Shown here one piece after another: positions 1 to 13,503 of a stretch of 64,000 nt of DNA. Numbering within the stretch: position 1 is the stretch's first letter; the number at the start of each line of letters is the position of its first letter. This stretch comes from Octopus vulgaris (taxonomy: Eukaryota), in NCBI GenBank assembly GCA_951406725.2, contig OX597818.1, forward strand, positions 61,566,001 to 61,630,000, written 5' to 3'. The translations under genes and the position numbers were made by a program. The notes under the pieces are model-generated. The model was not told the origin of the DNA. It did no database searches and saw only the letters and a program-made list of their open reading frames with translations.

Positions 1-397
1 TTGAAGGATAGAATTAGTTCATAAGTTTCTTGTTAAGCAAATAGATAACCCTTAATTTTTTTTTTTTTTACCTTTATTGTTATTGTTGACGTTTAACTGC
101 AGCTAACTCCTGATTGCACAAACCTATAATGAAAGGTATTCCAGCCATAACCATTATATTGCTTTTACAGGTAATTCCAAAGGGTACATTATTCAATATA
201 TTCTTCTTTCTGTAAGATCACCTGGCTTGGCTATTTGGTTATTAATTCTTGCAGGTGGAACAAACACACAGAGGCTTTCTCATTAGCTAATGTCTATTTT
301 TTGTGTTAGCAGTTGTGTTGACTTCTTTACACCATATTTCTGACCGTAAGACCTGTTTAATCCCTTCCTTTCCTAGTTACAGGAAGTGTTTAGCTAT

Positions 398-511
398 TTT
401 CATTTGCATTGGCAATCATATCATTACCTCAGCCTTCATTTGCACTCATTGTCAGAGCCTCAGCCTTCATTTGCATTCATATTATCATTGTTCAAATTTC
501 ATTTGCATTAG
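398..511. repeat. Four degenerate copies of TTCATTTGCA(T), spaced 31-36 bp apart (octamer-containing)
   Basis: ATTTGCAT at 402, 469 and 501; ATTTGCAC at 438; CCTCAGCCTTCATTTGCA occurs twice. Confidence 0.6.
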
Positions 512-2620
512 CCATCATGCTAGCATTGCCTCAAGATTAGCTGCATAGTAAAAAATCACGTAGTTATTGCCTTGGAGCTTTCCTATACATAAAATGTCCC
601 CAAATGAATATTTCCATCACATACGGCAATGCAATTAGAAAAGGTCACCAAACAGTTTATCAAGTGTTGTACATTTAGACATTGGCCACATTAGTCCATT
701 CAATAAACCAGTGTTCTACACACATCTGTCAATTTTCAGATAAAACATTCAACTAAATGAAAATATTGGTCCATAAAGACAAGTAGCTCTGTTGAAAGCA
801 GAACAACATAATTTGATAAAATCTATTACTAATGGATATTTTTCAAATATCCATCACAAACTAATGGCAGATTGTGTGGCAACACCTGCGAATTGTACAA
901 TTTCAAGAAGATTATGCAAAACAAAAAATTTTCAAGTGGTGCGTTCTAAATGCATAATGAACAACTGCATGAAATTGACAGCCTTTTAAAAACATATGGA
1001 TCACTTAAGGAATGTAGTAGGAGGCCTTTATAACCAATGCAAACTGTATTGTAGATATCTGGGCTGCTAAATTGGAAAACTGTATTTTTTTTTAATGTTC
1101 TGTACAGCATGGTTTTCATTTAGTTTAATTAATTTATAAATTTAAACCATTGTTTAAACCATCATTTTTTGGAGGGACTGCATATTAGAATCTCTATTAA
1201 AACCTCTGCACACTATAAATACTATCACAATATTCAATTAATACAAGTATTACATACTAATACACATTAAGCCTATGAAAGGGCCTTTCTGTAATTACCA
1301 AACCTGTTACAAATAATCATCAAATATCCCTCACAATAATTCCCTACTATGGTGAATAAACATCAAGGCATTACGTTTGCATTTTGTACTTTGTGTATGC
1401 CTGCACTCAGATACAAAGATACAAGATATATCATAGGTAATAATAACCAAGGTATTTTGAAATATAGATGATGTCAACTATTGATCACTATTGATCATTT
1501 TACAATAAAAATATAAGGATTTATAGGATTTGAAAATGCTTCAGTTAAGAGAAAGTGATTAAAAACCAAATCTTATATTTATGAAAATTATCTCTATCTC
1601 TAAGAGTTTAATTACTGATAGCAGAGCATCAAGGGTTTATGTATTGAGGTCTAAATTTCTGAAATTACCACTGATAGAATCAGATAATTAAAATTAAATG
1701 TTATTTAAATTAATCAGTTTTACAGAATAAGGATTAACCTAATTGCCAATTTGTCAATAATTAAATTTACTTCTAAATATACAGCTATCTCATAATTCTA
1801 TATTTTATCTAAATTTGCACAGGTCAAATGAAAATACCATAAAAATTTTTTTAAAAACTCGCCAAAAAGTAATTTAAACTGAATTTATTTTAAAGAATGG
1901 GAAATTGTGATCTTTGTGCCTTTCTTAACAATTTTTAAAATTTAGTGCAACAAAATTTTAGATTGAATTTCTTGTATATATCCAAACTAGATATTGTGTC
2001 TATGACTGTTGGGAATATCATTGTTATAGGTTTTCACTTGCATGACTGTTTAATAAATAAACTGTCTGTTTTTCCATTAATATTCAATGTAATAATAACC
2101 ATCGTCGTTTAAGTGCTCAATTCTCCTTGCTTGCATGTATCAAATGGAGTTTGCTGAGGGAGAACACAGCTAGATGCCCTTCCTATCATGGTTGTCATCT
2201 CTTTCCAAGTAAGCTAATATTTCCCATAGCCAGAATGCTTTCACAGAAGATTGGAAACAGTACTTGTATGATAGCAATGCTCATTTACCATTATGTGTCA
2301 TCAAACAAGAAGACAACACACACACACACACACAAGAGGCTTTTTTCAGCTTCTGTCTACCAAATCCAGGCCTATAGTAGATGATATGAAGTTCGCCCAA
2401 ATTTCTTAACCATACAGTTGTAGCCGAACCAATAGCTGTGCACATGCAGTATAGTATTATTTTATCAGAAAGGCTTATAATCAAAAGTACTCCAGTTATA
2501 AGCTATATTATCCTTCTTTAATGTTCCTTCTTTATTCAAAATAGTAGGGAATTATTGTGAGGGATATTTGACGATTATTTGTAACAGGTTTGGTAATTAC
2601 AGAAAGGCCCGTTCATAGAC

Positions 2621-2850
2621 TTAACCCTTTAGTGTTCGCATTATTCTGCCAAAATAAATGCTTTTTTTATCCACATTGCCTTGAACTAACCAGGCATTAT
2701 CTTGGAGCTATGATATTTTGATGAGGTAGCTGCTAATTTTTAAAATGATATTGTAGGGTTGGTGTGAGAGACCAGATATGGCCAGTTTGAACATAAAACA
2801 GGCAGAATACTTTTGGCCAGATATGGCCGGTTTAAATGCTAAAGGGTTAA
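2621..2850. mobile_element. TTAA-flanked MITE (piggyBac-like ends), family M1
   Basis: Starts ttaaCCCTTTAG, ends CTAAAGGGttaa; related copies at 14482 and 18357. Confidence 0.85.
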
Positions 2851-3043
2851 TGTGTATTAGTATGTAATACTTGTATTAATTGAATATTATGATATTATTT
2901 ATAGTGTGCAGAGGTTTTCATAGAGATTCTAATTTATATACAAGCACCATAATATGGCCAGCTCTCAGATGGATGATTGTTACAAGAGTTAAAGGAAAAT
3001 AAATCTATTATGAATTCAATTTTGTGTGAGAATGTTCAATGCT

Positions 3044-3452
3044 CTCTTTTCACTTTTTTACTTGTTTCAGTCATTTGACTGCGGCCATGCTGGAGCACCG
3101 CCTTTTAGTCGAGCAAATCGACCCCGGGACTTATTCTTTGTAAGCCCAGTACTTATTCTATCAGTCTCTTTTGCCGAACCGCTAAGTGACGGGGACGTAA
3201 ACACACCAGCATCGGTTGTCAAGCAATGCTAGGGGGAACAAACACAGACACACAAACACACACACATACATACATATATATATATACATATATACGACAG
3301 GCTTCTTTCAGTTTCCGTCTACCAAATCCACTCACAAGGCATTGGTCGGCCCGAGACTATAGCAGAAGACACTTGCCCAAGATGCCACACAGTGGGACTG
3401 AACCCGGAACCATGTGGTTGTTTAGCAAACTACTTACCACACAGCCACTCCT
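3044..3452 (-). mobile_element. tRNA-derived SINE family A (internal TA/TG microsatellite)
   Basis: Reverse complement of the 8864-9260 copy: head GGAGTGGCTGTGTGGTAAG...GGTTCAGTCCC, tail AAAAGAGT-like repeats. Confidence 0.9.
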
Positions 3453-3821
3453 TATATACAATCAATTCAAAGATGTTTATCTTTAGCTCCAGCTGGGCCC
3501 TGGCTAAGAAAATGTAAGATCAAAGGTGTCCTAGCCATCAGCATCTTGTCTTTTTGTAGATCAGGAACTAAATTTTCCAATGCATCCTTCTTTATATAAG
3601 AAAGGAGCAGGTAATTTCAAGAACATTTGACCAATATTTAACTCAAGCAACTGCATACTGTCTCATTCGCTGGCTTGCTGATGAATAAATATTTTTGTTA
3701 CTTTGATGCTAAGGAACTGTTGGTGATACAGAACTGTTATACTTCTCTCCACCCACTTCTCTTGCAGTGAGTCACAAGAGTAATTTGAGATGTAAATCAA
3801 GGATAGCTCTGCTTCCAAAGC

Positions 3822-4555
3822 TTTTATTCTTTTACTTGTTTCAGTCATTTGATTGCAGCCATACTGGAGCACCACCTGTAGTTGAGCAAATTGAAACCTA
3901 CGACTTATTCTTTGTAAGGCTAGTACTTATTCTATCAGTCTCTTTTGCTGAACCGCTATGTTACAGGGATGTAGACACACCAGCACTAGTTGTCAAGCAA
4001 TGTTGGGGGGACAAACATACAAACACACACACACACACATATATATACACACACACACACATACATACACACACAGATATACACACAGACACACACATAT
4101 GCATACACATACACACACATATGCATACACATACACACACACACATATGTATATATATATATATATATATATGTCTGTAAATATAAGAGAGTTAACGTTA
4201 AATAGGTTAACTCTAGTGCTAGAAATAGCTCCTCCGGTATAATCGCCGATGATACCTCCACATAGAAATAGCACTACCCTCAACGTAAGGAAAGTGAAAT
4301 ACAACTAAAAAGTGGATTAATATTAGTTGTATTTCCCTTTCCTTACGTTGAGGGTAGTGCTATTTCTATGTGGAGGTATCGGCGGCGATTATACCGGAGG
4401 AGCTATTTCTAGCACTAGAGTTAACCTATTTAACGTTAACTCTCTTATATTTACGGATAAATATGTATTGTCTCCCTGGTTTATTGTGCTAGGTCGCTTG
4501 GTGTTAAAATAAGGGTATTATTAAATTAATATCTAATTTTTCACCCTCATTTTTG

Positions 4556-4609
<54 letters not shown>

Positions 4610-4770
4610 GATGGGCCTCTTTCAGTTTCCATCTACCAAATCCACTCACAAGGCTTTGGCTAGCCCGAGGCTATAGCAGAAGACATTTGGCCAAGGTGCC
4701 ATGCAGTGGGACAGAACCTGAAACCATGTGGTTCGAAAGCAAGCTACTTACCACACAGTCACACCTGCGC
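3822..4770 (-). mobile_element. SINE family A with a palindromic element inserted in its (TA)n tract
   Basis: 3' half at 3822-4170 and 5' half at 4560-4770 match other family A copies. Confidence 0.88.
4177..4558. mobile_element. Asymmetric fold-back element, family P1 (putative Penelope-like pLTR derivative)
   Basis: Inverted arms 4177-4308 and 4323-4454 with 129/132 identity, 14-nt loop, ~100-bp unpaired extension, (TA)n on both sides. Confidence 0.75.
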
Positions 4771-5906
4771 ATGAAATTTAAAAAAATGAACAGCACTTTT
4801 AGTAGTGAATACACTCAACTTAATCTACAAGTTAGATTTATATCATCAAGTGTTGAAAACTTTAAGGATTAAGCAATTTCGATAAAGCTATCTCTTTTAT
4901 ACCAGTATTTCTATCTCATTGTAAGACACCGTGTATTCCACAATTGTAACAGCAAAGATTATACATTGGAATTATTTAACTAGAAGCTGCTTGTCACTTT
5001 TCTTCCCCCTCTCCCTTCCACAATACCACATATGCATTCATTACATTTGCATCATGCTGGATGAGCAATAGCTATTATCTTATCAGATAATGTCAAACAT
5101 TATGTGGAAGAGAGAGAAAAAAAAAATGATTAAGATTTCCATCAAAAAACCGAATAAACACATAAAATGGTTTTCTTTCTGTTCTGTCAACACACATACA
5201 AACTGAGTCTTGAGAATTTGATTACTTTTAACCACAAGAATGAGAATAAAAGAGAAAAATGCGTGAATAAAGTTGAAAATTAATTATTTAAAAAAAATTG
5301 AATCTTTAAACTAATGGTTTGTAATTAATTGTAATGAAACAGAAGAACTATTCCAGTAATGGGAAGCAGACATTTCACACACCGGAAATGTTCAAATCAC
5401 TATCAAAATGTTGCCACCGCTATCAATTATCACACAGCAGCATCCGTTTTTACTTCTGACCTCACTAGAAACACATCACTAAAGGCAGCAATCCAAGAGA
5501 GGATTTCACAAATATAAAACATTTTTCATTAATGTACACAAAAAGTATTGCAGTACCATAGTGATTTGGTCACGATATAATTAAAATAAAAAGCAAGTGT
5601 TTGTATTTATTTTCATCAAAAAGTTGATTGAATTAGATATTCAGACCTCAAGACATGAAAAGACAAATAGTATTGTGGATCTAACCTTCGATTTGTCTAC
5701 CTGATGGCAGTATCATGTGGCACTTTTATGATACCTGTGAATGGTATTCATCTTTGCCCTCATTTTAATTGTTCTATAGCGCTTGCCATTATTTTCTCAG
5801 TTTATTTCACTAAAATAAAATTTATCAAAATGACATGAAATCAAATAGGATTCACAAATTCAGAAATTCAAGATGTGAACAATTTTTTTTTGCCTTTAAT
5901 GCTTAC

Positions 5907-5980
5907 TTGAAGATTTGGTAAACGGCTCGCAATTCATTAGGAAGACCAAGAAGTATGGGATTAAGCACTCTACTGTCCAT
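5907..5980 (-). CDS. Candidate alternative first coding exon MDSRVLNPILLGLPNELRAVYQIF (phase 2), host gene unidentified
   Basis: ATG with an upstream in-frame stop, 24 protein-like codons in non-repeat DNA, donor AA|GTAAGC. Confidence 0.42.
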
Positions 5981-6329
5981 AAAATCTTCCTTCCGAGCCT
6001 TCCTATTCTCAATATATTTCTTAACACAATTATGCAGATATTAAGACCAGATTTCTATGGACATTTCTACATGGAGATGGTAACAGTGCTATTACACAAT
6101 AAATGGAAAAATTGGTGAATAAGACAAAGACTACCATGCCCACACAACAGACAAAAACAAGTCTCCTGTAATAAAGAAATCCATTGTGCTATTTCTGTAA
6201 AAAGGGTATAGGTAAGAATTCAATATTGGCCGTTCAGTGTATGCTTTGAGTACATAAAAGACAATGAGTTTTTGCAGGAACCATTTGTTCATGATGCCAT
6301 AGACAAGTTCAGCTACTTAGGTAAAGTGA

Positions 6330-6549
6330 TTAACCCTTTCATTACCATATTTTGAGATGCTCTGCGTTTCTTTCAAGTATTTTAAATGTAACAAAGGATT
6401 TTAGTGAAATAACTCAATTATCATTTAGCTAGTGTTAGGAACATAAATAGTGAGTAAGGTTTGGTAGAAGATTTTAATTCAAAAACTTATGAAAACAAGA
6501 CATTTGTACCCAGAGCCGGTTCCAGGCGGGTTGGTAATGAAAATGATAA
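6330..6549. mobile_element. TTAA-type MITE, family M2 (degraded right end)
   Basis: Starts ttaaCCCTTTC; reverse-complement similarity to 45925-46153. Confidence 0.75.
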
Positions 6550-7111
6550 ATACTGCACTTGTTGGTGGTAAAAGTTATTTTACCCGTTAATTTATTTGGC
6601 AAATATGGTTATCATTCAGCAGCCACAGGGAAGATTATATGAACTGTATGTAAACTTGTATACTGATTTTCTGACGTTGAGGCATCATTTACGAGTATTA
6701 AAGAAATATGCAATAGCTAGAGAGAATGTACCAAGTATCAAATGTTGGATATGCAATGGTAATCTACAAAAAGAAAGAAAGAAAGAATCAAGACTGAGCA
6801 CCAATGAGATGATAATATGAAGAGATATAAGCGGCATATTAACCAACATGCAGAAGAGTAGCAGATGCATAGATATGGCGATATCACATGAATATGTAAG
6901 TTATGGTGGGAGACAAATTTGTTTGTAGTCAGTCGAAAATATTTATAGCCAAAACAGACTAGGCAAGAGGGAGAAGCATCAATGAAACCATGCTGGCATT
7001 GAAAAATAAACTTTAAAATTTCAATAGAAGAATTAAAAATACACACCTATACATATCATAGCCATTAATTCACTTTGAAGTTTTCATATTAAATACATTA
7101 GCTATTGGAAT

Positions 7112-7121
7112 ATGTGTGTAC

Positions 7122-7159
<38 letters not shown>

Positions 7160-7184
7160 TGTAAATACATATATACATATATAT

Positions 7185-7222
<38 letters not shown>

Positions 7223-7226
7223 ATAC

Positions 7227-7257
<31 letters not shown>

Positions 7258-7330
7258 AGTAAAATTGCTGTCATCAATCATATATACACACACACACACA
7301 CACACAGAGGCATGCGCACATGCACACACG
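7112..7330. repeat. (TA)n/(TACA)n/(CA)n microsatellite
   Basis: Direct inspection. Confidence 0.95.
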
Positions 7331-8287
7331 TTAATATGTAAATCATTTTCTTTTTTCTCCTTGCACTTTTCTATTTCAGAAATATAAAATTTTAATTAGT
7401 CAAACACTCTAGAATTAAATGCTATTAACAGAAAATTTAAGCCAATTTATAATCTTTTTGAAACTTATAAAGAAGCAATATTTTCTTCTATTTTTAATTT
7501 CTGCAGACATGTGCAATCAAGGTGCCTATTCATAAACGTATTCAGATGGCAAGAAGGCAGTCTTCTTTGAGAAACACTTATTTCATTAATATGCCTGTAA
7601 TTAATTATATTTACTGCATACACAAAAATATGTCAGCTTTCTGATACTTCATACCAATGCCTAGTCTTACATTTTAAAACAGTCCTGTGTACATTCACAT
7701 GATCTTTCAGCAGATGTTTTATTGCCACACAGAGTTCTTAGAACAAGCTAGAATGCTTTGAAATAGAGTTAGTATCTCTTTCAATGATATATAACCTGAA
7801 AGAAGTAGAGCAAAAGTCCTTCCTCAAGGACTTGTGATGTTTATAACAGTCTTTGAATATGTAACCCATGGGCCATATTTTAATAGAAGTAACAACCACA
7901 CTATTTGCAGTAATGGTGATGATGCGGTTGATGAAATAACTTCCAGCTTACATATTTCCTTTTTAGTATTGAAATAATTATTGATAAAAATTAGATCAAT
8001 AGATCAGATGTAGATTTCCAGACTACTGAAGGCTTTGAGTATCTAAAATAATCTATTTTCATGGAGAATTAATTGACAAAACCTCAACAGCCGACATACT
8101 CTATCACAGAATAATAATATTGTTGTTATTCGTACTGTTGCTGTTATTACCAGTGTTGCTATTAAGTCAGTAAGATCGATATACATTTAGGAAGAGTTCT
8201 ATTACTTGGCTCCAAAGAGTCAGTCTGTGCAGTAAATATGAATCAGCTAAGTGCGTTCACTTGAAAAGATTCACTGTGAAAACTTAC

Positions 8288-8299
8288 TACATTTCCCAT
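8288..8299 (-). CDS. Candidate micro first exon MGNV (phase 0)
   Basis: ATG GGA AAT GTA|GTAAGT; short enough to be chance. Confidence 0.2.
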
Positions 8300-8863
8300 G
8301 TAAATATCAGAGCAGTGAGATATATTCAGTAACTATTATATAGTTAGATCAGCACATGAGGGGATGAAAGATCAATAAACAATTTACTAGACGGTATCCA
8401 AGTAAAAATGAAAATACAAATAACAATTACTTTGTTGGACTCAAAATACCTGTAATCTACCTGTAATCTAATATACAAATATGTAGCATGCCACAAGGAA
8501 TACAGACATACTGACAGAATTGAATCAATACCAAAATCATGGATTTATTGGAATTTCACAATGGTTGGTAGTGATGAAGATAAAATCTAAGAACTGGTAA
8601 CTTCTTGAACTTGCTTGGAGGTTTATTGAGAAACCATATAGAATGACAACTGGCATACACTTTAACTAATATGATATAGCTTATTGCAACTGAGTGCATT
8701 TTAGCAGACAAATGCTAACCTCAAAATGAGATGCAAACAATAAAATAAAAAAAAAAAAAAAGTAGGAATTAGAAGATATTGTTACTTATAAAAATGAGTA
8801 ACAAAATCTAATTGAAAATTTCTTTTCTGAAACTGCTGAAAAAACAATTAATAAAAACACACA

Positions 8864-9260
8864 GGCGCAGGAGTGGCTGTGTGGTAAGTAGCTTCCTTAC
8901 CAACCACATGGTTCCGGGTTCAGTCCCACTGCGTGGCATCTTGGGCAAGTGTCTTCTGCTATAGCCCCGGGCCGACCAATGCCTTGTGAGTGGATTTGGT
9001 AGACGGAAACTGAAAGAAGCCTGTCGTATATATGTATATATATATAAGTGTGTGCGTCTGTGTTTGTCCCCCTAGCATTGCTTGACAACCGATGCTAGTG
9101 TGTTTACGTCCCCGTCACTTAGCGGTTCAGCAAAAGAGACTGATAGAATAAGTACTGGGCTTACAAAGAATAAGTCCCGAGGTCGATTTGCTCGACTAAA
9201 GGCGGTGCTCCAGCATGGCCGCAGTCAAATGACTGAAAAAGTAAAAGAGTAAAGAGAGAG
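8864..9260 (+). mobile_element. SINE family A, full length
   Basis: tRNA-like A/B boxes, internal microsatellite, AAAAGAGT tail. Confidence 0.92.
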
Positions 9261-9373
9261 CTATATCATAAAGACATAGCTAAAATATTTTCTCAGACTC
9301 TACCTCAGCATGGCTATATTGTTTTATCTTGATCTTTCAGTTTGGTTGTTAGTTCATTCCCCCTTTTAATTTA

Positions 9374-9600
9374 CCTATTTCTTTATTACCCACAAGGGGC
9401 TAAACATAGAGGGGACAAACAAGGACAGACATAGGTATTAAGTCGATTACATCGACACCAGTGCATAACTGGTACTTAATTTATTGACCCCGAAAGGATG
9501 AAAGGCAAAGTCGACCTCGGTGGAATTTGAACTCAGAACATAAAGACAGACAAAATACCACTAAGCATTTCATCCAGCATGGTAACGTTTCTGCCACCTC
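9374..9600 (-). mobile_element. tRNA-derived SINE family B (Meta/Nin-like central domain)
   Basis: Reverse complement of GTCGACTTTGCCTTTCATCCTTTCGGGGTC...AAGTACCAG core; matches 9765-9993. Confidence 0.88.
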
Positions 9601-9764
9601 AGAAACAGAGTAGTTAATGTTTAGTTTGAATGATAGCAGGGTATTTGTACTACTGGGAATTTAGGGAGCATTCTGACAAGCAAGTAGCTGTAGAAAAGGT
9701 TTAGTAGACAAAATATTTGGTACAAGTTGTTGGATGTGAAACAGAATATAATTAAGTTAAAAAA

Positions 9765-9993
9765 GGCTGCGAGCTGGCAGAATCGTTAGCACGTTGGGTG
9801 AAATGCTTAACGGTATTTCATCTGTCACAACGTTCTGAGTTCAAATTCCACTGAGGTCGACTTTGCCTTTCATCCTTTCGGGGTCGATAAATAAAGTACC
9901 AGTTTCGCACTGGAGTCGTTGTAATTAACTTAATCCGTTTGTCTGTCCTTGTTTGCCCCCTCTATGTTTAGCCCCTTGTGGGCAATAAAGAAA
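9765..9993 (+). mobile_element. SINE family B
   Basis: Same core; target duplication ATATAATTAAGTT on both sides. Confidence 0.9.
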
Positions 9994-12900
9994 TATATAA
10001 TTAAGTTCAAATAAGCAGCAAAGATGATTGTAGTAGCAGCAAAGAAGTGTAAATAAATTTTCAGAGTGGGAAGTAATGTGTGTATAGGTGTGGTCAGTCA
10101 TGGTGGAGGAGTATATAAGCCAATGGTAGGGCCATTTTGGCACTGCCTATTTGGTGTCCCTGATGCCATACTGACCCCCACCCACGTTCTCTCTCCCAGC
10201 ATATTTCTCTATGTGTATGAAGAGAGAGAAAGTGTGTATTTTAATTCTGTTCAATTGATAAAGTGTAATGTCACTCCCTGTCCTTCTCTAGTTCTCTTTA
10301 TGGGTGGGAGCATATTTCTCCATACAGATAAGGAGAGAGAAAGTGTTTGTAATGTCTCTCTCTCTCTCTCTCTCTGTATCTCACTTTCTGTCCATATGTG
10401 TATGTTTCTAGGCAAACACTTGCCATGAAGTACTGCTGGAAAACATGCGGAATGTCCTCTCAGCCACACCAAATGATCACCCTCCAAACAGCTGCACCAA
10501 ATCATCTTACTCTAATGTAGGAGAATGCTCATGAGACAAATTCTCAAATAATGCTACCTGGGACATGTATATATATATATATATATACATATGATGGTTA
10601 AGTGGCCAGAATGTGTTAACTAATTTTAAGTGGTTCATATTTGTACATTTTAAAAGATATGCAATAGTTAAGATATGACATATTTGCAAGCTCTGAAACA
10701 GAATCCCTGCTTTTGTAGTGCAGTGTTGACTAGATACAAATATTGGATCACTATAAAATGTTATTTATTCTGTTTTACAAGATCTAACATTGATAGAAAA
10801 TATAATTTTAGTGACATGTTATTCATGGTTATGCAAATTTGTTTCCCTTAGGCTACAATATTTTTCTTCACAACTAGTAGAAAGTACAGTATAGATAAAA
10901 TTCACATGTTGAAACTAGGAAGATGTTCAGAGGTTATGGAATATTCTAAAATATTTGCTTTTTTAAATATTTTATTTTATTTAGCTTCCTTTATTGTATT
11001 TTTTTTTTTAATATTATAAAAATAAAGCATAAACAATTCAAGGCTACTATTAGAAAAGTTCCATGTACTGTTTGCCATCAACATTGAGAGAATTTTCAGA
11101 GGAATGGCTCTAACTTGAAATCAAAACTTAACCATAGATGCAGTTCTCCCAAAACTTATAAAAGTAACATCTAAGTCGATAGATATAGTCAAATATCACA
11201 CTTTAGTTAAAACACATTAATTGCTATCCAGATACTACTAACAATAAATTTATTAAAAGTTCATATTGGTGATTTGTGTCATTAGTATTGCAAATAACCA
11301 AACATGAAGCTATCCAAATGGATTCATATGTAACTGTCATTACTACAACTGGTAATAGGTTTCTTAGATACACTTCAAATAGAAACTATCTTTGCTTTCC
11401 GAGCTTTGAATAATCAAATACCAATAAACAAATAATAAACATGGCAATAGGCTAAATGTTCCCTCCTTTGCAGTCGACCATTCACAAACCAAAATGATTT
11501 CCAAATAATTGACCTATTTACCATAGAGACAAGTAAACCAACATTCATTCCTAATTTTACCCAAAATGAGACCAAATATTTTCAAAGGAACACATATGAA
11601 GACACTCACAGTTTATAAATTACTGCAATGGATATTTGGTTTGATCACATCAGTGGATTTGTCATAATGTTTCACCCTCTAATTGCTGTTTACAAATGTA
11701 TATTATTATATATAATTGCATTTATGTCTGAGCTAGATGAGTCTGTAATGCAGTACATCACTATACATCTTCATCTAATGTTATCTCTTCCATAAATCCC
11801 AATGTTGTTAAGTGTCTTCTATCAACTAGATTTTCTATCAATGTTTCTTTTTTTTTTTTTTTTTTTTTTTTGTTATGTTATGCTCTCATATTCATGATAT
11901 TACTAAACTGCTGATATCTCTAGTTGCATATCAAAGGTTAGTTTTGTTAATATTTAGAGAAGGAGAGAAAAAAAAAAAAAGGGAAAAATAGAAAAACAAG
12001 AATATACTTCAAGAGATGGAAAAAAAAATACGAAGTTGTGATGGTGGAAGTTTAGCAGATGCATGGCACACAGAGAGAGGGTCAAATAACTATGATAATC
12101 ACAGATAGTGCTCCTGATGTGCATTATGAAGAACAATACTGTGCACTCCAGCATGCACTGATTTAATGTAGGGGGGTGGAGTGTAGCATTTTTATAGGTT
12201 GCTTGTTTTTCAATTCCCAATCTATTTTTCAATTCCTGTAGGTTTTGGTGGTGGCCACAGCAGAAACAGGAAACATAGGGGCAGAAAATAACTCTTAACT
12301 AGTTTAACACACATTATATGAATCCCAGGACAGTGTTTGGGTCTAACGAGTGTATTGATGCTGCTGCTATTGTGTGAATGTGTATGTGTGCACACATGCT
12401 TGCAAGCTCTTTAAGGTGTATAGAATGAATGGAAAGAGAAGATTTTAAGATGTCATAATCACATTCATGAAACGAAGATATACCTAAGCATGATTGTACA
12501 TGTACTGAAAAGGACAGGTAGCAAATATCCAGGTGGTTTTTGGGAGTATTTTCATTTTATTGCATTGATTGATCTGCAAGAGCCATTTATGTGCATCAGT
12601 TGATGATGGGATTTCTGTTGTCTTAGATTCTTTATATCTGTGAGGAAATGTCTGCTATCCAGATAGAATTGGTATAGTCTTGAAGACTCCAAAATATTGT
12701 TCTTACACAAGTGTTACTTTTTTTGTGTTGAGCAAATTGTTGTACCTGTGGATGCTCAAAGTGTCCTTCATGAGTGTGTTTAGCTTTCTTAATTAGCTCT
12801 TCTTTGTGTGCTAATAAATGCTGTAAAGGTGGTCTATGTAATTCCTGGTGTTTTCACACTGTATGCATATCAATGTGAGTAGTATCACCATTTTGTAAGA

Positions 12901-13121
12901 TGTGATGCTCAGTTTGTATTTCAAGTAGTTTGATATTTGAATAAGAAAGAAGATAACGGATTTGAAACTAATTTTTTAGGGGATTAGGGAAGTGGTGGAA
13001 TAATTAATTGTACAGCTGTATTTTGCTTATAACTCCACTTCCATGAAATGTACAAGATTTTGAGGTAGTGCAATTAAATTACATAATTACAAGTTAAAAG
13101 AAATAAGATAGAAATAAGATA

Positions 13122-13503
13122 GGTGCAGGAGTGGCTGTGTGGTAAGTAGCTTGCTTACCAACCACATGGTCCCAGGTTCAGGCTTACTGCATGGCACCTT
13201 GGACAAGTGTCTTCTACTATAGCCTTGGGCTGACCAAAGCCTTGTGAGTAGAAACCCGTCGTATATATGAATATGTACATGTATGTGTGTGTGTATGTTT
13301 GTGGTTCTGTGTTTGCCCCTTCAGCATCACTTGATAACTGATGCTGGTGTGTTTACATCCCCGTAACTTAGCAGTTTGGCAAAAGAGACTGATAGAATCA
13401 GTACTAGTCTTATAAAGAATAAGTCCTGCGGTCGATTTACTTGACTAAAGGTGGTGCTCCAGCATGGCTGCAGTCAAATGACTGAAACAAGTAAAAGAGT
13501 AAA
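13122..13503 (+). mobile_element. SINE family A
   Basis: End-to-end similarity to 8864-9260. Confidence 0.9.

Noticed and set aside
155-178. Plus-strand TTTTACAG|GTAATT, a possible recursive splice site
   Set aside because: It lies inside a degraded dispersed repeat (relatives near 3490 and 24800), has a short pyrimidine tract and is opposite to the other splice signals.
12242-12291. Plus-strand acceptor followed by (G)FGGGHSRNRKHRGRK*
   Set aside because: No partner plus-strand exons found, and it borders a T/G-skewed block that looks like decayed antisense retroelement sequence.
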